Source: Candidatus Binatia bacterium
GTDB lineage: Bacteria; Desulfobacterota; Binatia; Bin18
Reading direction: 5' to 3'
Assembly (NCBI GenBank): GCA_963666315.2
Contig: CAXXHG010000043.1
Coordinates: 576,001 to 640,000 of the forward strand
Length of the DNA: 64,000 bases
In this document: positions 1 to 8,758 of the stretch, in pieces
How the letters are laid out: each line of letters opens with the position of its first letter
Position numbering within the stretch: position 1 is the first letter of the stretch
Notes under the pieces: model-generated
Told to the model about the DNA's origin: nothing
Seen by the model: the letters and a program-made list of their open reading frames with translations, nothing else
Databases searched by the model: none
Translations under genes and position numbers: made by a program

Positions 1-20
1 TCCAGATCAAGATATTGCAT

Positions 21-1979
21 TTACATCCACTGCTTATGCCAGGCTTGAAACATCAACACGTTCCACAACGGCCGCTTCCAATCCGATGTTCCAGCTATAT
101 GCTCGGTCCACTTCTGCCGCACCAGGGCTGAGTTGAATATGCCGGTTTGACACAATGCCTGTTCCGACAGCAGCTCCTCTGCCCATTCACGCAACGGTCC
201 GCGCAACCAGCCACTCAGCGGAACCCCAAAACCCTGCTTGGGACGTTCAACAAGCTCACGCGGCACATATTTATACAGTAACTGCCGCAGCAGCCATTTG
301 CCCTGTCCGTTACGGATCTTCATGTGAGCGGGTAGCGTCCAGGTGAACTCGACAATTCGATGATCCAGCAGTGGCACCCGCACTTCAAGACTGACCCCCA
401 TGCTGGCCCGATCGACCTTGGTCAGATTATTATCCGGCAGATAGGAAAGGGTGTCCAAAAACTGCATCTGAGAGACAATGTCCACCGCTGGAGTTGTGTG
501 GTGTGTGAGATACGATTTCTGCGCCCCGTCAGCGTCCGCATTGATAACGAGTCTGGCCGGGTCCTCCCAGCGCCGCCACAGTTGGCGATCGTGTAAGTCG
601 GCTGTATCGAGCGATAATGCACGGGAGAGTTGGTGAGTGTGTTTGACCAAACGAGAGAGTGGTTTAGGTGCAAGTGACTGTACATTTTCTAAGAACGGAG
701 GAAGCAAGCCTGTGGCCTGCGCCAACACAGCACGGACAGGACGTGGCAACCGTGAGAATCGGCCCCATAGCTGGGCGGCTTTGATATAGCGTTTATACCC
801 AGCGAATAGTTCATCGCCGCCGTCTCCGGAGAGCGAAACAGTGACCTCCTGCCGGGCCAAATGCGAGACAAAACAAGTCGGAATCTGCGAGGTGTCAGCA
901 AAGGGCTCATCATACCAGTCAGGCAAGCGTGGCAGGAGGTCTGAGGCGTGACTTGGCTCGACAACAAGTGTCTGATGGTCAGTGCCTAGGTGTCGCCCAA
1001 TGCGCTGCGCATACTGGGATTCATCCCGGCCTGCTTCCTGAAAGCCAATAGTAAACGTCTTGATAGGACGCGGGCTGTGCTGCTGCATGAGCGCGACAAT
1101 GGTTGAAGAATCAATCCCACCCGACAGAAACGCGCCCAGAGGAACATCGGCAACCATACGCCGTTGGACTGCGTCACTCAGTAGGGTTTCGAGTTGGTCC
1201 AGTGCAAGTTGGTCCAATGTTTGTTGATCTCGTGTTTGTCCGTCATCCGCCTGGAGAGGAGCCTCAGTCCCTTGCTGGATAACATGGTTGAGATCCCAAT
1301 AGCGCGTGATGTGTGGCTCGTGCGACGTACGCAGCTGTAACATGCAGCCGGGTTCAAGTTTATACACGTCACGATAAATGCTGTGCGGAGCAGGAATATA
1401 ATTATAGCGCAGAAACGGAATAACCATGTCTCGGTCAAGCCGTGCGTCAAAGCACGGATGCGCTCGTAGCGCTTTCAGCTCAGAACCAAAGAGAAAGACC
1501 TGTCCGAAACGAGCCCAGTAGAGTGGCTTAATGCCGATGCGGTCGCGTACCAGGGTGAGACAGTGTTCTTGGCGATCCCATAGACCAAAGGCAAACATGC
1601 CGAGACAGCGCCTCACCGTCTGTTCGATCCCCCAGGCGGCACACGCTTCAAGCAATACTTCGGAGTCACTGTTCCCGCGGAAGATGTGGCCGTGCGCTTC
1701 GAGGTCTGCGCGGAGTTCCTGAAAGTTATACAGCTCGCCATTATATACCAGCACGAAACGCTCATCCGCAGACAGCATGGGTTGGCGGCCGCTTGGTGAC
1801 AGATCGATGACGGATAAGCGTCGATGTGCAAGACCGATTCCATGTGTCTGATCAACCCAGACCCCATTGTCATCCGGTCCGCGGGATACGAGGGTATCTG
1901 CCATGCGCGTGGCCAGCATTGAGAATTCAGACAGTCGAGGATTTGGAGCAGGGTCCAAAAATCCGCTTATCCCGCACAT
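21..1979 (-). CDS. asnB: Asparagine synthase (glutamine-hydrolysing)-type amidotransferase of the polysaccharide/lipid-cluster class
   Basis: N-terminal MCGISG (Ntn Cys; ATG at 1979), RGPD, HRRLSVIDLS, YNGELYNF, RDRIGIKPLY, LSGGIDSS, SGDGGDELFAGY, KVDRASM, RPKQGF. Confidence 0.92.
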   Translation of the reverse strand: MCGISGFLDPAPNPRLSEFSMLATRMADTLVSRGPDDNGVWVDQTHGIGLAHRRLSVIDLSPSGRQPMLSADERFVLVYNGELYNFQELRADLEAHGHIFRGNSDSEVLLEACAAWGIEQTVRRCLGMFAFGLWDRQEHCLTLVRDRIGIKPLYWARFGQVFLFGSELKALRAHPCFDARLDRDMVIPFLRYNYIPAPHSIYRDVYKLEPGCMLQLRTSHEPHITRYWDLNHVIQQGTEAPLQADDGQTRDQQTLDQLALDQLETLLSDAVQRRMVADVPLGAFLSGGIDSSTIVALMQQHSPRPIKTFTIGFQEAGRDESQYAQRIGRHLGTDHQTLVVEPSHASDLLPRLPDWYDEPFADTSQIPTCFVSHLARQEVTVSLSGDGGDELFAGYKRYIKAAQLWGRFSRLPRPVRAVLAQATGLLPPFLENVQSLAPKPLSRLVKHTHQLSRALSLDTADLHDRQLWRRWEDPARLVINADADGAQKSYLTHHTTPAVDIVSQMQFLDTLSYLPDNNLTKVDRASMGVSLEVRVPLLDHRIVEFTWTLPAHMKIRNGQGKWLLRQLLYKYVPRELVERPKQGFGVPLSGWLRGPLREWAEELLSEQALCQTGIFNSALVRQKWTEHIAGTSDWKRPLWNVLMFQAWHKQWM

Positions 1980-2764
1980 GAGCGGTCCTTTGTCGCTGGA
2001 GGCAACTGTTCCGACCTGCCCGACTGTCCCAGATTTCCCAATTTGGTTTTGACCCAACGCTGGAGTTTTGGGGCTCGGCGCACGTAGTAATGCCGCAGCG
2101 GATTTGCTTGCTCGTCAAATTCGTACACAAACGGCTCGCCTGTAAGCGAACGTTTCACACCTGGGATGTCGTTTTCCGCAATGCCATCAAGATAGGTGGT
2201 CAGTGCACGCAGGCTATTGCCGTGCGCGACTATCAAAATCTGTTTGCCTGCTTTGATCTGGGGAATTATCGTTTCGTGCCAGTAGGGGAGCACGCGCGCG
2301 CGGACGGCTTTGAGGGTTTCTGTGCGTGGCAGTTCTGCGTGTGTAAGCTCGGCATAGCGGGGATCATGGCCGGGAAAGCGCTCGTCTGTTGGGTCGAGGG
2401 CCGGGGGTGCGATATCGAAGTGCTGCTGCCAGATCACGACTTGTTCCCGGCCATAACGCTGGGCGATTTCTTGCCGGCTGAGTCCTTGCAGTGCACCACA
2501 ATGGCGCTCATTCAGCCGCCAGCTTGTATGGATCGGAACCTGGAGCTGCATGCCTTCCAGAACGATCTCAAGTGTATGCAGCGAACGCTGCAGATAGGAG
2601 GTAAAGCCCACGTCAAACGAAAAACCAGCCGCTTGCAGGAGCTGGGCGGCTCGTCTGACTTGCTCTTGGCCGTGTGGACTGAGATCGACATCGGCCCAGC
2701 CGGTAAAGCGACGGGCTTGGTTCCACATACTCTGGCCGTGACGAAGAAGAACAAGTTTGATCAT
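1967..2764 (-). CDS. gpmA: 2,3-bisphosphoglycerate-dependent phosphoglycerate mutase
   Basis: LLRHGQSMWN, FTGWADVDLS, WRLNERHCGALQG, AHGNSLRAL; ATGA overlap with the upstream gene and overlap with the asnB start. Confidence 0.88.
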   Translation of the reverse strand: MIKLVLLRHGQSMWNQARRFTGWADVDLSPHGQEQVRRAAQLLQAAGFSFDVGFTSYLQRSLHTLEIVLEGMQLQVPIHTSWRLNERHCGALQGLSRQEIAQRYGREQVVIWQQHFDIAPPALDPTDERFPGHDPRYAELTHAELPRTETLKAVRARVLPYWHETIIPQIKAGKQILIVAHGNSLRALTTYLDGIAENDIPGVKRSLTGEPFVYEFDEQANPLRHYYVRRAPKLQRWVKTKLGNLGQSGRSEQLPPATKDRSCAG

Positions 2765-5268
2765 ACGACGGTGTGAAAGCCGAGCAGGCGGCGAACCTTT
2801 TGGGCAACCTGGTCAAACTCCTGCAGAGCTGGACGTATCTTAAAATCCAAGGGTGCACCGAAAAAGCGCGCAATCTTGCGCTGGACTAGGGTGTCGTGCA
2901 ACGCGCTCAAATCCCGTCGGGGCTGGACAATGCCGCGTTCAATCAATCGAGCGCACACGTACGACAACCCACTTTGGGGTTGTATGCTGCCGCGCTTTTT
3001 GCGCTGCGTGATTTGGGCATGAGTGACTATCCACTCCTTGCAACTCCCGATCAGGTCCGCCGCTCGCTTTGGCAAGGGATAGATGGAGAGCGGTGTAGCG
3101 GTGGTTGCGGCTTCAGCCAACATGGACTCGCTCTCTCCGCTCACAATCAAAACGTCCGCTAGTGCCAGATAACCCAAATACGGATTGTCTTGCTGCCCCG
3201 CTTCCCAGGTATGCACGTAGTGGGCTGGACCCAGCCCGGCTATCAAGGCGGCTGTTTCCGCCTCGCCCGTTCGTCGGCTGGTCGTGGCAAAAACTTTTCC
3301 ACCCACACGTTCGGCAAACGTGCGGACATCTTCTCCCATTTTCCGGGCAATGCTGGGATCAAGCTGATAGCGGGCGGTCGCCCCTCCGACCAGCAGCATA
3401 ATCCATGGATGCGGAGCGTCCTGAACCAGGTGACACCACTGGTCTGCCCCCTGCTTGAGTCGCTCTGGGGTGATTTGCGTCAAAGGTGCCACAGTTTCGA
3501 TACGCCGAGGATGAGGCGGCAGACGAAAATGACTGCACGCGACCCCGATATCGGTGGTATTGGTGGGCCGGCTGCCTTTACGACCGAGCAGTACCAGCCG
3601 GGTGTGTCCTTTGCTTTGGCGCTGAATCCAGCGCGCAACACGCGCGGGGCGCCAGCCTGCGGTAATAATGAGATCGGGCCAGGGTGGGACAAGTGGGTCG
3701 GAATGGGCGACGTTTAAACCAAATCGCGTTACCCGCTGGGAGCCGAGCAGGCGTTTGTGCACATCAGCCAGCGCAGTAAAGCGTAAGGCCTTAGTTTCAT
3801 ATGGCCAGTCCAGGGCATCGGCGAGACCGAGCGCTTGGGCGGTATGGCCCGGCTTATGTGAGGTCAGGACCCAGACCGTTGGGAGACGGCCGAGGTTGCC
3901 GCCAAAAGAGATCTGGGTGCTGGACTTGGGTGTTGTTGACAACGGTTGGACGGCCAGTTGCCAGCGCACGGAGGGATAACGCGGACTGAGCAGGTCCAAT
4001 TGCGCCTGCCACCAGGTAGAGGGCCGCGGGCGTCCCCGCAACAAGTCGCCATTCGGAAGTTGTTGTTCATACGGAAACGCATGCACGGCGACGGCCACAA
4101 AATGGTGAGCACGGCGAAAGAGCTCTTCCAGCATCCAGGGCACATCTTCGTCTGGCACAAAATCAAGGCTATTCGTACAGACAACGCCGTCCGCGCTTTC
4201 TGCCCGACCGGAGTCGCGGGGGTTGCGGGGGTTGTATGATGCCGACTCGACAAAGACAGGATTATACTGCTGCACGCTGGCCCCGTTGCAACTGATTTGT
4301 CTGCTGCCTAAGCCAAACGAATAGTCCAGGATAGTGTGGCTTCCAGTCTGGGCGATAAGGGTCTCTACACACTTCTGGAGCGGATGGCCGTCACCGTTCC
4401 GGTCTGACACTCTCTGAGGCCGTGATGTCTGCCTGAGACTCGATCCGCTACGGAGGCGAGAGAGCAGCGCGGTGTATTGCGCACTCGGCTGCGCTGCTTG
4501 AAAGACCTGATAGCCGGCCTCATTGGCTGTTTGTTCTAAATGAAACCAAAGCTGGGCGACAGGATTATGCTGATACGCATAACGCTGGGGAAATGGCTGC
4601 CACGGCTGGGTCTGGATGGTGGTGTAGTGCAGCAGCTTCGATCGCTCAGCCTCGTATTCTCCGTCGCGTGCATTCCAGTGTTGATCAAGCGCACCCCATA
4701 GATCAGGGACTTCCCGGGCGGCGGCTTCTAACGCTTTACGGCGTTCGTGCTGCGCCGCTTCGAGTGTCCAGACCGTTTTCATCCGCTCGCAGTCGATCAG
4801 CATGACTGACGTGTCGCGGTCGTTTATAGACAGAAAGCCATGGCTGCCCAGAGCTGTGTCAAAAAGTTCGCCGGGATCGGCCAGATAGATTTGGTCCATG
4901 TCATTATAGATGGCAGTGCCGTGCCCGTCAGCAAAATGGGGAATAGCAAATCGATAGTTCGTAAATCCGGTCAGCCAACCGTGCTGATCAAAACCGGCCA
5001 GGTCTTTCATGAGATATAATTCGTACACCCGAGCGGGATCCCGGACCTGCTCAATGGACCAGATAAAGACGCGCTCGGCTCGGTATTGGGCCGGCTCGGT
5101 GCCAACAAAGATGCGGACCGCTGGCTTTTCGCTGGGAGCAACACCAGTGCGCACACCAAGGACGACACGCTCAAGCTGGGTCCGGGTGCCTGGTGTGTGA
5201 TACGGGTCTGTCCGCAGCAGCGAATCAAGTAATCTGCTCACTCTGCGTGCTGTTGTTGAAAAAGCCAT
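2761..5268 (-). CDS. Three-domain protein: GT-A (GT8-like) glycosyltransferase + class I SAM-methyltransferase-like domain + ELM1/GtrOC1-family domain
   Basis: IFVGTE...TGFTNYRFAIP...AIYNDMDQIYLADP (DxD); ILDYSFG...DGVVCTNSLDFVPDEDVPWMLEELF; KPGHTAQALGLA...PPWPDLIITAG...TTSRRTG...NPYLGYLALAD...SESMLAEA. ATG 5268 preferred over TTG 5286. Confidence 0.7.
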   Translation of the reverse strand: MAFSTTARRVSRLLDSLLRTDPYHTPGTRTQLERVVLGVRTGVAPSEKPAVRIFVGTEPAQYRAERVFIWSIEQVRDPARVYELYLMKDLAGFDQHGWLTGFTNYRFAIPHFADGHGTAIYNDMDQIYLADPGELFDTALGSHGFLSINDRDTSVMLIDCERMKTVWTLEAAQHERRKALEAAAREVPDLWGALDQHWNARDGEYEAERSKLLHYTTIQTQPWQPFPQRYAYQHNPVAQLWFHLEQTANEAGYQVFQAAQPSAQYTALLSRLRSGSSLRQTSRPQRVSDRNGDGHPLQKCVETLIAQTGSHTILDYSFGLGSRQISCNGASVQQYNPVFVESASYNPRNPRDSGRAESADGVVCTNSLDFVPDEDVPWMLEELFRRAHHFVAVAVHAFPYEQQLPNGDLLRGRPRPSTWWQAQLDLLSPRYPSVRWQLAVQPLSTTPKSSTQISFGGNLGRLPTVWVLTSHKPGHTAQALGLADALDWPYETKALRFTALADVHKRLLGSQRVTRFGLNVAHSDPLVPPWPDLIITAGWRPARVARWIQRQSKGHTRLVLLGRKGSRPTNTTDIGVACSHFRLPPHPRRIETVAPLTQITPERLKQGADQWCHLVQDAPHPWIMLLVGGATARYQLDPSIARKMGEDVRTFAERVGGKVFATTSRRTGEAETAALIAGLGPAHYVHTWEAGQQDNPYLGYLALADVLIVSGESESMLAEAATTATPLSIYPLPKRAADLIGSCKEWIVTHAQITQRKKRGSIQPQSGLSYVCARLIERGIVQPRRDLSALHDTLVQRKIARFFGAPLDFKIRPALQEFDQVAQKVRRLLGFHTVV

Positions 5269-5409
5269 AGGTCTACGACTAGGCAATTTTTTGTACGTAA
5301 GGGCGAGAAACGGCTGTGGCTATCGGTCTGATGCGGCCCGGGTAGGCACGGGCAAAGACAAGCAGCAGATGCATGACTAGAGGAACTCCCTAGTGGAGCA
5401 TGTGGAGCA

Positions 5410-6657
5410 TCATGATGCCTGCGTTCCAAGCAGATGTTTGCGGTTCCAGAACTGGACTAAACGCAGGGTGTGGAAGCCGAGTGAGGCCACCTGCCAGACA
5501 ACAATGGCAACAAAGACGGGAATCGGAATGTCAAGAAGTAATCCCAGCATAAACAGCGGCACATTGATATTCCGGCGCGAAATAAAGGTCCGCATGCGTT
5601 CATCTAGGGAGGTGTAACCGTGAATCGACTGGCCCATCCGGGCGCTAAACAGCCCGGCCACAATACGATCCAGAACATAAAAGACAGCCATCCACACCGC
5701 CAGTTGGAAGACGGGTGCGCCCGGTATCCCGCCACTTAATGCCCAAGCCCAGGCGAAATACCACACTGGAGGATGAACGATATCCAGCCCATGATCCAAG
5801 ATATCGCCGAGCTTGGACGCCGTGAATGTGAGCCGGGCCAACTTGCCGTCCACCGAGTCGAGTACGCTCATGGTGTAGGCGAGCGTAAAGGCCGAGATCC
5901 AGTATCCGTACGCGAAGAGCGGCACAGCGAGAAAGGTGATGAAGACATTAAATACCGAGATGACGTTAGGATGTACGCGCCAGCGGGCGAACGGACGTAC
6001 GGCACGCCATACCAGTGGCGGGTAGACATATTTGGTAAAAAAGTCGGTCGAGCCTTTATAGTTGGACCAAAACAGAAAGCGTTCGGCCCGGTCTCGGCTG
6101 GCTGTGTCCAGAATGCGAAAAAGATATACGGGCAGATCACGCCGGAGCTTGCGAATATACGACGGCACTTCGGCCAGTACGACTTCCTGGAGGCGGCCTG
6201 CCTGAAGACTGCGTTCCGCAAGCTTCGGCAGCCGGATTCCGGTTGAAGGGGGCAGGGGGTCCTGTCCTTCGAAACGAAGTGCAGCAGTCTGTGCTTCTCC
6301 GGCTTTTCCCCGAGCGGCCCAAGAACCCGAGCACTCGCCAAGATGGCGCAACAGGCGGCTATCCACAACAGCGTCCGCCTCTAGTGCGAGCAGCGGTTCG
6401 TTTTGGACCGTTTGAGACAGCGTCGTCCGATATTCCGACACTGTGCGACGTTCATGCCCCCAGCGTATCGAAAGCCGGCGCAGGAGATCCGGTGGCAGGA
6501 GCGAAGGAAGATCTACCGTCTCAGCAGAGAGCTGGACATAGACTTCGTTCGGGTCTAGCCCAGCTTCGATAATGGTATGTAGCTGGCGTTCGAGCAGCGT
6601 CATGCCGAAAATCCGCAGTCTGCTGCTCGGATTGGTCGCGTCTATCCAGATAAACAA
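5410..6657 (-). CDS. CDP-alcohol phosphatidyltransferase with an N-terminal degenerate NTP-transferase-like domain (CpgA-like paralogue)
   Basis: DSVDGKLARLTFTASKLGDILDHGLD matches DxxDGxxAR(x8)GxxxDxxxD; N-terminal IFGMTLLERQL; several TM helices. Confidence 0.8.
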   Translation of the reverse strand: MFIWIDATNPSSRLRIFGMTLLERQLHTIIEAGLDPNEVYVQLSAETVDLPSLLPPDLLRRLSIRWGHERRTVSEYRTTLSQTVQNEPLLALEADAVVDSRLLRHLGECSGSWAARGKAGEAQTAALRFEGQDPLPPSTGIRLPKLAERSLQAGRLQEVVLAEVPSYIRKLRRDLPVYLFRILDTASRDRAERFLFWSNYKGSTDFFTKYVYPPLVWRAVRPFARWRVHPNVISVFNVFITFLAVPLFAYGYWISAFTLAYTMSVLDSVDGKLARLTFTASKLGDILDHGLDIVHPPVWYFAWAWALSGGIPGAPVFQLAVWMAVFYVLDRIVAGLFSARMGQSIHGYTSLDERMRTFISRRNINVPLFMLGLLLDIPIPVFVAIVVWQVASLGFHTLRLVQFWNRKHLLGTQAS

Positions 6658-6797
6658 GAATCTTTACCCCCTGTGCGGATGCCCATTCCCCACCATTCCC
6701 TATCCTAGGTGCAGGGTAGTCTAGCTGGGTGATGATGACGGCGAAAGAGAGGCGCGCTGGCTGTCTACGGCTCAGGCGGCAGTCTAGAGAGGAGGAA

Positions 6798-6825
6798 TTG
6801 CGCAGTTGCGTACGCCGTCTACAAT
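6798..6825 (+). promoter_or_regulatory. Putative sigma70 promoter, possibly leaderless, for the 6832 gene
   Basis: TTGCGC-16 nt-TACAAT with the -10 box ending 6 nt before the GTG start at 6832; no SD adjacent to the start. Confidence 0.4.
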
Positions 6826-6831
6826 GCCGGC

Positions 6832-7674
6832 GTGGCTAGCGTGTTGGATCAGAAGGGAGACCCAGGAGCCCATAGTTCTGTCACGGCATTTGTTCTTGCC
6901 GGACGACGTGGGCCGACGGATGCCTTAGCTCAGGTGACAGGCCAGACGCATAAAGCCTGTATTCCCGTCGCTGGCGTGCCCATGCTGGCTCGGGTGCTGC
7001 GTAGCCTGGGCAGTACGCCACACGTACAGAAAATTGTGGTCAGCATTGACGAGACCAGCGTGTTGACTGCCCTGCCTGAGGCAGGAGCAATAGAGTTCCA
7101 CACGAGCCGCCACTCGCCGCCGGCAAGTGTTTTGGACTATTATGAGGCGCACCAGGGAGATGGCCCGCTACTGGTGACGACTGCCGATCATGCCTTACTT
7201 TCCCCACAGATGCTGGAGTATTTCTGTACAGCAGCCGAACAAACTGAGGCCGATGTGGTTGTTGGCGTAGTCACCGCTGCGCTTTTTCGATCTCAGTATC
7301 CGGATTCGCGCCGCACGTTTATCACGCTTCAGGATGAGAGTTTTTGCGGAACCAATCTTTTTCTTCTTCGTACGCCACAGGCAGCGAATGCCGTGCGGTT
7401 CTGGGAACGAGCCGGACGGTTCCGCAAGCGCCCCTGGCGCTTGGTGAGTGAGTTTGGTTTTGTGAACCTGCTGCGCTTTCTCTTTCGCAGGCTAGATCGT
7501 CGGACCGCTATAGAACAGGCTAGTCAGGTGTTGGAAGCGCAAGTGGGCATCGTTGAGATGCCGTTTGCAGAGGCAGCGATCGACGTGGATACTCGAGACG
7601 ACTTGGCTACTGTCGAGAATATTTTGGCGAGACGCGCGAGACAGGACGCTGCGCTTTCAGGGAAAGAGTCTTAG
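6832..7674 (+). CDS. cpgD: Nucleotidyltransferase (MobA/NTP_transf_3 type), CpgD-like phosphoglycerate cytidylyltransferase
   Basis: VLAGRRG..D.LA...G..HKA.IPVAGVPML.RVL, LVTTADHALL, GTNLF, AAIDVD; sphingolipid-cluster context. Confidence 0.65.
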   Translation: MASVLDQKGDPGAHSSVTAFVLAGRRGPTDALAQVTGQTHKACIPVAGVPMLARVLRSLGSTPHVQKIVVSIDETSVLTALPEAGAIEFHTSRHSPPASVLDYYEAHQGDGPLLVTTADHALLSPQMLEYFCTAAEQTEADVVVGVVTAALFRSQYPDSRRTFITLQDESFCGTNLFLLRTPQAANAVRFWERAGRFRKRPWRLVSEFGFVNLLRFLFRRLDRRTAIEQASQVLEAQVGIVEMPFAEAAIDVDTRDDLATVENILARRARQDAALSGKES

Positions 7675-7859
7675 AGCGTGTCTAATAAGTGTCTCTGTGG
7701 CCCAAGCCTGAGCGAAAGCGGCGTGACCAAGGCGCCCGAAACAGCCATATCCACTGTGATATGGCGATGGAGGGTAACAGGGACACGCTGTTTGCAGCCG
7801 GGCGACGTCCAGAATGAACTTTTTGGACACGCTCTTAAGAATAAAGAAGGATAAACCGT

Positions 7860-8585
7860 ATGTCGGAGAGCAAAGACCCCAAAGAAATCCTGGAACAGAC
7901 ACAGCAGCCGTTCAGCTCACCTGGATTTGATACATGGACGGCTGCCTGGGCCGTCTCGAAACGAAGAAAGAAACAGGCGTCACCGCCCGCGCCAGATACC
8001 ACGTCGGACACGCTGCGAGCCGTGGAAAATGATCCGGAAACACTACGCAGGAGAACCGAGAATCTGTTTCAGGGCCCAGTGTTGGATACGTGGACGGCTG
8101 CCTGGGCGGCTTCAAAAGGAAAAATAAAGGCGCGGCCACAACGCAAAAAAGACAATGCCACGGTCGTGCGACAGATCTATACGGATATCTATACAGGTAT
8201 CTCGACAGATATCTCGCAAAACGAGCTGGCTGCAGTTCTGCAAGCGCTTGCTGAGAATCAGACGCTTGCTGAGAATATTGAGTGGCAGTCGCCCGGACCA
8301 AAGGAAATTCCTTGGGCTGGAACTATCCGGGGTCGAGAGCAGGTGGCGCAGTGGTTTGCCATACTCGACGAAACGAGAGAGCTTGAACAATTTGTACCGC
8401 GAGAATTTATCGCCCAAGGAAATCAGGTTGTTGTGATGTGCGACGAACGCAGCCGGGTGAAAGCGACCGGCAAAGTGTATGAGGTGGCCTTGGTTGCCGT
8501 ATGGACGCTTCTCAATGGGACGGTCACTCACTACCGCGAGTCCTATGACACAGCGACGGTGTTGGCTGCATTATGGGCAGAGTAG
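7860..8585 (+). CDS. SnoaL/NTF2-like (ketosteroid isomerase-like) protein with a duplicated N-terminal repeat
   Basis: C-terminal LAENIEWQSPG...PWAG..RGREQV..WF...EFIAQGNQVVV...YDT; SD AAGGA upstream. Confidence 0.7.
   Translation: MSESKDPKEILEQTQQPFSSPGFDTWTAAWAVSKRRKKQASPPAPDTTSDTLRAVENDPETLRRRTENLFQGPVLDTWTAAWAASKGKIKARPQRKKDNATVVRQIYTDIYTGISTDISQNELAAVLQALAENQTLAENIEWQSPGPKEIPWAGTIRGREQVAQWFAILDETRELEQFVPREFIAQGNQVVVMCDERSRVKATGKVYEVALVAVWTLLNGTVTHYRESYDTATVLAALWAE
7929..8107 (+). repeat. Intragenic direct repeat with 156-nt (52-aa) spacing
   Basis: gatacatggacggctgcctgggc (7929) and gatacgtggacggctgcctgggc (8085), both encoding DTWTAAWA. Confidence 0.8.
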
Positions 8586-8758
8586 CTTATTTCTTGGCAA
8601 GCAGCGTGTAACACATCGGTGGTTTCACCTTGAAATACTCAAAATGAGCCCACAGATTGGTACATCGGGCATCCAGCCCAACACGCCTATGGTGATGATG
8701 GATTGTAGAAGGATGTGATTCCAGCTGGGAGTGAGGGCTCCCTCTAGGAGGGGCTTCT

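Noticed and set aside
8058-8080. ENLFQGP resembling engineered TEV/3C protease sites (vector contamination)
   Set aside because: Imperfect match, part of a natural internal repeat, and no tags or vector sequence nearby.
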